This document shows, piece after piece, positions 18,912 to 25,749 of a stretch of 64,000 nucleotides of DNA. Source of the DNA: Eubacteriales bacterium (GTDB taxonomy: Bacteria > Bacillota > Clostridia > Oscillospirales > UMGS1783); the NCBI GenBank assembly GCA_045595395.1, contig JAZOAH010000028.1, positions 158,897 through 222,896 of the forward strand, written 5' to 3'. Numbering within the stretch: position 1 is the first letter of the stretch; each line of letters starts with the position of its first letter. Position numbers and translations under genes: made by a program. The notes beneath the pieces were generated by a model, which did no database searches, was not told where the DNA came from, and worked only from the letters and a program-made list of their open reading frames with translations.

Positions 18912-20618
18912 ATGAAGAAGATCTTATGTACGATCCTGGCGCTGGCCCTGCTTCTTTCTCTGGCCGCTTGCGGCTCGGGCGAGATCACGGCGGCTACCGA
19001 AGAGCAGTTGGCCAAGTTTAATTTCACGGCCGCTCAGGTGGATAAGACGCAGAATCTTACTCTGACCTGGGACAACGGCACAGACCTGAAGGCGGTCGAT
19101 GTGGCCGTGAAGTACGGCGATGTCTCGCTGGGCGGGATCACCGCAGAGGGCGCAGCCGGACAGACCGAGCTGATGGCCCGTTACGGCAAGTACACGCTGG
19201 ATATTGTTGCCACCCAAAAGAACAACAAGAAATTCCGTGTAGAGACCGAAGTTGCTTTGGCAGCTGATAAATACATCATCGCCCCCATCTCCGGCTCGAT
19301 GCCGCAGTTGTATTTTACCCTGAATCTTGATGAAATTACCAACAACGGACAGACGCCTGCCTTTGTGTGGCTGGCCCGTCCCGACAGCTGGAACTGGGAG
19401 AATCTGCCCAAAAACGTATTTATGATGCCGACCGCCTCCCGTGAAGAGGTGCTGACTCATAATAACTATGATCGTATGATGGAAGCGACCAAGGCTTACA
19501 TTGCCGATCTGTATGCCGTCAATCCGGATGCTACCTTTGAATTGTATATCAATGATTTCAATGCCTATGCCTATGTGGATCTGCTCATCGGCAACGGCGT
19601 GCCTGAGGAGAATTTCTATGTAACGCTGCTGTCGGACGGCGGCGCGTCCTACACGGCATTTAACAAGGCTTTCAATCCTGACGATGCCGCTTTTGATGCC
19701 GATGCCAAGTATGCCGATATGGCATCGAAGCTGGGCAAGGTTTACGACGAGGTGAAAGAGGCCGGTGGCTACACCTACACCGGTGATTACACCGTTTCGA
19801 CCGATGAATTTACCCAGTACTGCTATGTAGCGGCTAAAGAGAAGACCAATGTAGAATGGTGGGTGCTGCGCCCGCGTGCCGGCGTGCTCTGCTCGCCCGA
19901 CCAGGAGTTTATCGACCGTGTTCTCAATGAAGAGGTCAGCAAGTCCCCCTATGAGGCCGAGAACAGCATCATTGAGGAGCGCAACTTTGCTGCGCCGCTG
20001 ACGGCCATGAACGATGAGCAGAAAGCCGATCTTAAGGCGCTGTACAACTTCAACGGCGAGTTGTTTGAGAAGGCGGATCAGGATGGCAAGAAGGCCATGA
20101 TGATCCTGGGCAGCTGGGCTACCGCTGAAAATGAGCCTGATTTTGCGGCCTATGTCAATCTTGTCAAGCTGGTTTACGGCGACGAGTTCGTTTACTACTA
20201 CAAGGGACATCCCAACACCCCGACCAGTACCGTGCCCGAGAAGCAGGAGCAGCTGAAGGAGCTTGACCTGATCGATGTTGAGTCCTCCATCAATGCCGAG
20301 TTGATCCTCTTCTTCTACCCTGACATTTATATGTGCGGCTACAACTCTTCGACCTTTATGTCGGTTGAGAGTGAGGAAATGGCCTGTGCCATCTTCAACA
20401 TGACCAAGGAGCAGGCGGCCGAGAATGAAGGCACCGAGAACTACCGTGAACTGATCGGGCTGTATCTGTCGGCCATCGAGGATACCTCGCTTTATGCCGA
20501 GTGCACCGAGGCCGAGCATGAGTATTTCCTCATCGAGTACAACAACACCGAATCGGAATTTGCCTATTCGATCTACGACGCCACCGCCAATACCATTATT
20601 GACGGACCTAAGGCGTAA
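18912..20618 (+). CDS. surface lipoprotein with GT80 (PM0188-type) sialyltransferase-like domain
   Basis: Lipobox LSLAAC-G at residue 20. Blocks FELYINDFNAYAYVDLL, LLSDGGASY (D/E-D/E-G-like), YYYKGHPNT (HP motif), NAELILF and GYNSSTF (SS motif) follow the order and spacing I recall for Pasteurella PmST1. Confidence 0.5.
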   Translation: MKKILCTILALALLLSLAACGSGEITAATEEQLAKFNFTAAQVDKTQNLTLTWDNGTDLKAVDVAVKYGDVSLGGITAEGAAGQTELMARYGKYTLDIVATQKNNKKFRVETEVALAADKYIIAPISGSMPQLYFTLNLDEITNNGQTPAFVWLARPDSWNWENLPKNVFMMPTASREEVLTHNNYDRMMEATKAYIADLYAVNPDATFELYINDFNAYAYVDLLIGNGVPEENFYVTLLSDGGASYTAFNKAFNPDDAAFDADAKYADMASKLGKVYDEVKEAGGYTYTGDYTVSTDEFTQYCYVAAKEKTNVEWWVLRPRAGVLCSPDQEFIDRVLNEEVSKSPYEAENSIIEERNFAAPLTAMNDEQKADLKALYNFNGELFEKADQDGKKAMMILGSWATAENEPDFAAYVNLVKLVYGDEFVYYYKGHPNTPTSTVPEKQEQLKELDLIDVESSINAELILFFYPDIYMCGYNSSTFMSVESEEMACAIFNMTKEQAAENEGTENYRELIGLYLSAIEDTSLYAECTEAEHEYFLIEYNNTESEFAYSIYDATANTIIDGPKA

Positions 20619-20635
20619 ATCCAAGAAGGAAAAAG

Positions 20636-20663
20636 GAGCAAGCGAAATGCTTGCTCTTTTTTT
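20636..20663 (+). terminator. rho-independent terminator after lipoprotein gene
   Basis: gagcaagc/gcttgctc stem with a 5-nt loop, then TTTTTTT. Confidence 0.7.
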
Positions 20664-20665
20664 AT

Positions 20666-21148
20666 TTACCAGGTGCGGACGCCGTCGATGTGGATGAAGC
20701 GGACCTGGTCGTAGTTGTAACTGGACAGCGGGCGGTCGAGTGCGTCGTAGGTGTGGGCTGCCACTAAAATTTGCGGACGTACTGACAGGATGACGGGTGT
20801 GTGGTAAAAGCTGCCGTCGCTGCGGCCGAGCTGGACGATGTCGCCCGGCATGATTTCCTGCTGTGACACACGGTGGCCGTAAGGGCCGACCGAGCGGTTG
20901 TTGACCAAAAAGTTATAGAGATATTCCACGCCCGTCCAGGCGGCGGCACGGTCGTTGACCGAAATGTAGTACCAGCCGGTCTCGGGGGTATAGTTCATGA
21001 CGCCGGCGCCGGCATAGATGCACTGGGATGCAAAATTGGTGCAGTCACCGCCGATGTTTTCAAAATCATAATAGGCCGAGTTGCGGCTTAGTGCCCAGCG
21101 GCGGGCATAGGCGACCATCGCAGTGCGGTTATAGGGAATTTCTCGCAT
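20666..21148 (-). CDS. putative amidase domain protein (Amidase_6-like, NlpC/P60-like Cys/His)
   Basis: 160 aa from MREIPYN (ATG 21148 behind GGAGGTGA). Carries GGDCTNFASQC and a later FYHTPVI. No signal peptide. Confidence 0.55.
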   Translation of the reverse strand: MREIPYNRTAMVAYARRWALSRNSAYYDFENIGGDCTNFASQCIYAGAGVMNYTPETGWYYISVNDRAAAWTGVEYLYNFLVNNRSVGPYGHRVSQQEIMPGDIVQLGRSDGSFYHTPVILSVRPQILVAAHTYDALDRPLSSYNYDQVRFIHIDGVRTW

Positions 21149-21181
21149 GATATCACCTCCCCTATCAGGATATGATAAGAG

Positions 21182-21214
21182 AAAAAATGAGTTCGGTGCA
21201 ACACCGAACTCATT
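21182..21214 (-). terminator. rho-independent terminator after DUF4364 gene
   Basis: aatgagttcggtg/caccgaactcatt stem, followed on the minus strand by TTTTTT. Confidence 0.7.
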
Positions 21215-21215
21215 G

Positions 21216-21755
21216 TTAAAAGGATTCTTTGTAGGGACCGGAGAGTTTTTGCAGGATATACCGATAAATATCGGCGGCGTTATCCTTAAAATTCTCGCCG
21301 GTTGAGAAGGCAAATTCCTGCGAGGGCAACGCAATCTCCAGTTTGAAGAGCAGGTCGTCGCCGTCGGTTAAGGAACATTCGGCGATATACTGGCCATCCC
21401 GTTCAAAGGTGCGGACATGGGTACCGCTGCGACGGTCGATCATGCTGAGCAGTTCCATAGCGCCTTTAAGGGCACGGTCTCTGGCCCAGATGGGCAGGCG
21501 AGGCGCCAATTCCTTGACCGCCTCGTAGCCGAGTCTGGTCAAGACGGTGACTCCCTCCTCTACATCGACGGCAATATGGCCGGTGCTGATCAGCTCATCG
21601 ATCGCCTCTTTCAGCGTGAAATATTCAACGATCTCCGAATTGAGGAACAGATCGACCATGGCACGGGTGGGGATGGCGCGATTGAGCTTGCTTAAGGTAT
21701 ATAGAATAAGGATCTTGACATCCTCTTTTTCATGAAGTCTTCCGCCTTCGAGCAT
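21216..21755 (-). CDS. DUF4364 family protein
   Basis: 179 aa from MLEGG (ATG 21755 behind GGAGGTGA). The N-terminus KILILYTLSKLNRAIP is typical of the Clostridia DUF4364 family as I recall it. Confidence 0.5.
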   Translation of the reverse strand: MLEGGRLHEKEDVKILILYTLSKLNRAIPTRAMVDLFLNSEIVEYFTLKEAIDELISTGHIAVDVEEGVTVLTRLGYEAVKELAPRLPIWARDRALKGAMELLSMIDRRSGTHVRTFERDGQYIAECSLTDGDDLLFKLEIALPSQEFAFSTGENFKDNAADIYRYILQKLSGPYKESF

Positions 21756-21860
21756 ACGATCACCTCCGTGATGAACTTTATTATACCATAGCAGCCGTAA
21801 CAAATACAAGGCTTTCCCAATAAAATGTATCGAGATCAATTTTCTTGGGAGTGAAAACCA

Positions 21861-22919
21861 ATGGGTATTTTGGGTGAAAGTTTTTTGGGAGTCAACTGCG
21901 AAAGCGGTTTTTACTCCCTTTACCAGGAGTTTGTTGACCGTCGGGCGCATGTCTTTGTCATCAAGGGCGGCCCGGGCACCGGCAAAAGCACACTGATGCG
22001 ACAACTGGCGGCGCAGGCCTGCGACAAGGGGCTTGATGTTGAACTGCTGCACTGCTCGTCCGATCCCGATTCCTTGGATGCGGTATACCTGGTACAGACC
22101 AACACCTGCATTTTGGACGGAACACCGCCCCATGTGATCGAGCCGCCCTATCCGGGGGCTGTGGGGCAGCTGATCGACCTATATCCCTTTTGGGATAACA
22201 ACATACTGGAAGAGAACACGGCGCAGATCAAGCAGATCAACCGCCGAATCAGCACGCTTTATTCCCGCATCTATCTCTACTTAGGGGCAGCCGGCCGTCT
22301 GCAACGGGATCTGACCGGCATCGGCTCCACCCTGCTCAACCGTGCCAAACTGCGTGGCTATACCGAGCGGCTGTGTGCCCGCTACATTCGGCAGCGCATC
22401 GGCAATCCGACCGAGGAAAAGCGATTTTTCACCGCCTTTACTCCCCAAGGGGTGACCTTTTATCCGCCGCAGGGCAAAAACATCGAAAAACAACTCGTCC
22501 TTGAAGACGAATACGGGTTGATGTCACGGATGTTGGAGGCGGTGCGGCTGCGGGCGATCAAGGCCAATCACCATGTCATCAGCGGCTACTCACCCCTCAT
22601 CCCCGACCAGCTGACTCACCTGATCCTGCCCGATGCCGGGCTGATGCTCTGCCTGTCCAATTCCATTCATAAAATGGAGGCACAGCCCTACTGTCGCATC
22701 CATATCTCCCGTTTTCTTGACACGGTGGCCGAGGCGCAACACAAGGAAAAACTCGGATTCCTACGGCGCAGCCGAGATGAGATCCTCAAAGAGGCCTGTG
22801 AGCTGCTGGCCAGCTGCCATGAGGAGCATGACCGCCTGGAGGATTTTTACAAGGCGGCCGTTGACTATCCGGCGCTGACTGCCTACACCAAAACCTTGGC
22901 CCAGCGCATCCTGCGCTGA
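21861..22919 (+). CDS. P-loop ATPase of the PRK06851-like family, function unknown
   Basis: Walker A IKGGPGTGKSTLM followed by LLHCSSDPDSLDAV and DGTPPHVIEP. This matches a conserved Bacilli/Clostridia hypothetical ATPase family. Confidence 0.55.
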   Translation: MGILGESFLGVNCESGFYSLYQEFVDRRAHVFVIKGGPGTGKSTLMRQLAAQACDKGLDVELLHCSSDPDSLDAVYLVQTNTCILDGTPPHVIEPPYPGAVGQLIDLYPFWDNNILEENTAQIKQINRRISTLYSRIYLYLGAAGRLQRDLTGIGSTLLNRAKLRGYTERLCARYIRQRIGNPTEEKRFFTAFTPQGVTFYPPQGKNIEKQLVLEDEYGLMSRMLEAVRLRAIKANHHVISGYSPLIPDQLTHLILPDAGLMLCLSNSIHKMEAQPYCRIHISRFLDTVAEAQHKEKLGFLRRSRDEILKEACELLASCHEEHDRLEDFYKAAVDYPALTAYTKTLAQRILR

Positions 22920-24170
22920 CTACTTGCCGTCGGGAACAAAGGTAAAGGCCGGAATGGCATCGCCCTTTTTGATGCCATCCGGCATCTTCGTTTCGGCCAG
23001 CAAGGAGGCAGGATGGATGGCGCCGTTGCCATACCGATCGCAGATGCGATCGCAGGTATCTTCCACCGCATAGCGCCGCAAGGCCGTTTCGGCCGGGGCA
23101 AACAAATCATATTGGGTGGGGGCGGCCTCGGGCATCAGGTCGATGGCACGAATGGTCAGCGCCCGTACCGGACGATGCCAGGGATAGCGCATGCAAAGCA
23201 TGGAAAAGGCCGTCCTCGCCAACACCAGCGAATCCTGGGCCGGCACCGTCAAACGACATTGCACCGAGGTGGTGACCAGCGAATTATCCTTGATCTCAAT
23301 GGCTACCCCGCCGGCCGCCAGATTCTCCCGACGCAGGACTCGGCCGATCGGTTGCGCCAACGCCAACAGCACCAGCCGGCACTCTTGGCTGTTTTCCAGA
23401 TCGGCCACGCAGGTGATGCCCCGACCGACGCTTTTGATGGGCGGGATATAATCCTTATGCATCACCGCTTCCCGATCCAACCCGTTGGCATATCGCCACA
23501 GGGTCGAGCCGCCGACACCGAACATGGCCTGCAGCGTCTTTTCGGGCGTACCGGCCAGATCACCGATCGTTTCAATGCCGACCAATCGTAGTCTCCGGCC
23601 GGTCGAGCGCCCCACGCCCAGCATCTCGGTGACCGGCAGCGGCCATATGACCTGTTTCATGCTCTCGCGCGGCAGACAGGTGACAGCGTCGGGCTTTTTC
23701 ATATCGCTGCCGAGTTTGGCAAACACCTTATTAAAGGAAACACCGACCGAAATGGTCAACCCCAATTCCTGCTTGACCTGCTCCCGAATCCGATGAGCGA
23801 TAGCCTCCCCCGATCCGAACAAGCGCACCGAGCCGGTCACATCCAACCAGCATTCGTCCATACCGAAAGGCTCGACCTGGTCGGTATACCGCTCATAGAT
23901 GTTACGAACCAGTCGGGAATAACGGATATATTCGGGGAAATCGGTCATCAATACCACAAGTTCGGGGCATTTTTGACGAGCCTTGACCGTTGGCTCACCC
24001 GTTATGATCCCATACGCTTTGGCCAGCATATTCTTAGCCAGCACGATCCCGTGCCGATCCTCCTGTGCCCCGCATACCGCCACCGGCTTATCCTTATATT
24101 CGGGATGTTTGATACAGGCAACCGAAGCATAAAAATTATTGAGATCACAGTGCAATATGACCCGCTCCAT
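22920..24170 (-). CDS. dinB: Y-family DNA polymerase (DinB/PolIV-like)
   Basis: 416 aa with CDLNNFYASV, FGMDECWLDVTG and SVGVSFNKVFAKLGSDMKKPD motifs. Confidence 0.85.
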   Translation of the reverse strand: MERVILHCDLNNFYASVACIKHPEYKDKPVAVCGAQEDRHGIVLAKNMLAKAYGIITGEPTVKARQKCPELVVLMTDFPEYIRYSRLVRNIYERYTDQVEPFGMDECWLDVTGSVRLFGSGEAIAHRIREQVKQELGLTISVGVSFNKVFAKLGSDMKKPDAVTCLPRESMKQVIWPLPVTEMLGVGRSTGRRLRLVGIETIGDLAGTPEKTLQAMFGVGGSTLWRYANGLDREAVMHKDYIPPIKSVGRGITCVADLENSQECRLVLLALAQPIGRVLRRENLAAGGVAIEIKDNSLVTTSVQCRLTVPAQDSLVLARTAFSMLCMRYPWHRPVRALTIRAIDLMPEAAPTQYDLFAPAETALRRYAVEDTCDRICDRYGNGAIHPASLLAETKMPDGIKKGDAIPAFTFVPDGK

Positions 24171-24193
24171 AAAAATTCCCCCTTGACAAATAC

Positions 24194-24205
24194 GACCGTT
24201 TGGTT
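24194..24205. promoter_or_regulatory. degenerate operator copy O3 (GACCGTTTGGTT)
   Basis: 10 of 12 match to the two perfect copies. Lies in the dinB 5' UTR region. Confidence 0.35.
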
Positions 24206-24217
24206 TATTCTACAAGT

Positions 24218-24229
24218 GACCGATTGGTC
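24218..24229. promoter_or_regulatory. operator copy O1 (GACCGATTGGTC; arms TGACC/GGTCA)
   Basis: Exact 12-nt repeat of 24257..24268 with an internal inverted repeat. Overlaps the -35 of the plus-strand promoter. Confidence 0.55.
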
Positions 24230-24252
24230 ATGAGTCCTTATGGTCATATTAT
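24224..24252 (+). promoter_or_regulatory. candidate promoter of XRE-ImmA operon
   Basis: TTGGTC (24224..24229), 17 nt, TATTAT (24247..24252). Its -10 overlaps the dinB -10 on the opposite strand. Confidence 0.45.
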
Positions 24253-24276
24253 AGGCGACCGATTGGTCGTTGTCAA
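24248..24276 (-). promoter_or_regulatory. consensus sigma-A promoter of dinB
   Basis: Minus strand TTGACA (24276..24271), 17 nt, TATAAT (24253..24248). Confidence 0.6.
24257..24268. promoter_or_regulatory. operator copy O2 (GACCGATTGGTC; arms CGACC/GGTCG)
   Basis: Exact 12-nt repeat lying inside the 17-nt spacer of the dinB promoter. Confidence 0.55.
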
Positions 24277-24305
24277 GAGAAATGTTGCAGGAGGAATTCA
24301 AAAAA

Positions 24306-24689
24306 ATGAGATGCGGAGAAAAGATCAGGCAATTACGGGAAGGCGCACACATGAGCCAGACCGAACTGGCCAACATGCTGGGGGTCTCGTTGCGCACCGT
24401 ACAGCGTTATGAGCAGTGCGAGCGCATTCCGGCCGCCGATGTTTTGGTGCATATCGGTAGTATTTTTGATGTAACCAGCGAATCCATGCTCAGCGATGAG
24501 GATCTGTTTATCAACGCAGCCGCCAAGCTAGGTGCCCGATCAGCGCTCCAGGCGAGGGAGTTGGTCAATGCCGTTGGCGGGTTGTTTGCCGGCGGCGAAC
24601 TGAGCGAAGAGGATAAAGATGCGGTGATGCAGGCAATCATGGAAGCCTATTGGGATGCCAAGGCACGCAACACGCAAAAGAAGGGATAA
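24306..24689 (+). CDS. XRE-family helix-turn-helix transcriptional regulator
   Basis: 127 aa from MRCGEKIRQLREGAHMSQTELANMLGVSLRTVQRYE (HTH_3). ATG 24306 follows a CAGGAGG SD. Confidence 0.8.
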   Translation: MRCGEKIRQLREGAHMSQTELANMLGVSLRTVQRYEQCERIPAADVLVHIGSIFDVTSESMLSDEDLFINAAAKLGARSALQARELVNAVGGLFAGGELSEEDKDAVMQAIMEAYWDAKARNTQKKG

Positions 24690-24691
24690 CG

Positions 24692-25204
24692 ATGGCGCAA
24701 CAGTATATTCACGGCATAGCACAGGAGTTGGTCGAACGATTCGGCACTCGCGACCCCTTTGCCATTGCCGAAGGCTTAGGCGCACATGTGAAGTTGGTGG
24801 ACAACTTTGTCAATCTCAAGGGCATGTACCGTGTCATTTTAGGTGAGCGATACATCTTTTTAAGCAGCCATTTAGACGAGCAGACCCAGCGCATCGTCTG
24901 CGCACATGAGTTGGGACACGATCAGCTGCATCGGACATTGGCTACCGATAACATCATACGGGAGTTTATGTTGTATGATATGAAGTCCCGTCCCGAATAT
25001 GAAGCCAATCTCTTTGCCGCCGCCTTGCTGCTGGACGATCGAAGTGTCAGCGAGTGTGCTGCTGACGGCTGTGATGTTGTCCAAACGGCCATGCGGCTGG
25101 AAACCGACATCAATCTGGTGCTGATCAAAATGGCGCAGATGAATGAACGTGGCTATCATTTTAATCCACCGGAGCGCTCGGACACAGCCTTTTTGAAGCA
25201 TTGA
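24692..25204 (+). CDS. ImmA/IrrE family metallo-endopeptidase
   Basis: 170 aa with the HEXXH motif in CAHELGHDQLH. Starts 2 nt after the XRE gene stop. Confidence 0.8.
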   Translation: MAQQYIHGIAQELVERFGTRDPFAIAEGLGAHVKLVDNFVNLKGMYRVILGERYIFLSSHLDEQTQRIVCAHELGHDQLHRTLATDNIIREFMLYDMKSRPEYEANLFAAALLLDDRSVSECAADGCDVVQTAMRLETDINLVLIKMAQMNERGYHFNPPERSDTAFLKH

Positions 25205-25228
25205 ACGAGAATATTTACATGTAAAAAA

Positions 25229-25259
25229 GCGGACACCGCTATGCGGTATCCGCTTTTTT
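25229..25259. terminator. bidirectional terminator between immA-like gene and tRNA-Arg
   Basis: gcggacaccgc/gcggtatccgc stem with one mismatch, flanked by AAAAAA and TTTTTT. Confidence 0.65.
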
Positions 25260-25335
25260 GGCGCGCTGTAAGGGATTCGAACCCCTGACCTACTGGTCCG
25301 TAGCCAGTCACTCTATCCAGCTGAGCTAACAGCGC
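25259..25335 (-). tRNA. tRNA-Arg (anticodon ACG)
   Basis: Minus strand folds as a cloverleaf: GCGCTGT acceptor, GCTCAGCTGGATAGAGT D-arm, anticodon loop CT-ACG-GA, GGTTCGAATCC T-arm, encoded CCA. Confidence 0.9.
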
Positions 25336-25353
25336 AATTTTTCGTGCTCAAAC

Positions 25354-25382
25354 ATAATAGCACAGAAAAACTATAAAATCAA
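25354..25382 (-). promoter_or_regulatory. candidate promoter of tRNA-Arg(ACG)
   Basis: Minus strand TTGATT (25382..25377), 17 nt, TATTAT (25359..25354), about 18 nt upstream of the tRNA 5' end. Confidence 0.4.
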
Positions 25383-25428
25383 TAGGTTTTTGAAAAAAAT
25401 TTATTTTTTAACGACTTTATGTTAGCAC

Positions 25429-25457
25429 TTGACAAATGTGCTGACTTTCTATACAAT
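25429..25457 (+). promoter_or_regulatory. promoter of T-box leader
   Basis: TTGACA (25429..25434), 17 nt, TACAAT (25452..25457). Confidence 0.55.
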
Positions 25458-25465
25458 AGTAAAAA

Positions 25466-25720
25466 AGCGTTTGAACGCAAACCAGTACCCTTTTCTTCGC
25501 GTGAGAGAGAGCTGTCGGACGGTGCAAGACAGTGGCGTGGAGTTTGGCGAATTCCTTGCGTAAGCTGTGGGCTGAAGGCAATGGCTGTGTAGGCTTTACC
25601 GGGTGCGACCGTTATATGGCAGGGGTGTTTTCATGCACCCGATGAGGCTCATGATTGAGTAAAGCAGAGTGGTACCACGGTGAATAACTGTCCCTGTATC
25701 TTCGGATCCAGGGCTTTTAT
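25466..25720 (+). promoter_or_regulatory. T-box leader (tRNA-sensing riboswitch), candidate specifier UUC
   Basis: K-turn-like GCGUUUGA; lower helix ACGCAA (25475..80) pairing with UUGCGU (25556..61); AGUA S-turn (25484..87); AGAGAGAG bulge plus distal loop GGACGGUGCAA; 3' specifier loop C-GAA-UUC-C (UUC at 25552..54). The T-box sequence AAAGCAGAGUGGUACCACGGUG lies at 25661..82. The terminator ccctgtatc/gatccaggg plus UUUUAU lies at 25691..25720. Confidence 0.75.
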
Positions 25721-25749
25721 ATTTTTGACAAAAAAGTGAGGAAACCGTT

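Noticed and set aside
18924-20624. 566-aa minus-strand ORF mirroring the lipoprotein gene almost end to end
   Set aside because: The plus-strand frame has an SD, a lipobox signal peptide and structured motifs. The minus-strand product is G/R/L/V-rich with no start context or motifs. I treat it as a shadow ORF.
22920-25335. Intact integrative element at tRNA-Arg(ACG)
   Set aside because: The XRE/ImmA genes next to a tRNA 3' end are suggestive. However, there is no integrase, excisionase, conjugation or phage gene, and I could not spot a direct repeat of the tRNA 3' end. At most this is a remnant (see findings).
25531-25545. UGG triplets (25533..35, 25538..40) as a possible Trp specifier of the T-box
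   Set aside because: In the hand-drawn Stem I these lie on the 3' strand of the upper helix region, not in the loop next to the GAA/S-turn and lower helix. UUC at 25552..54 occupies the canonical position. This still needs a covariance-model check.
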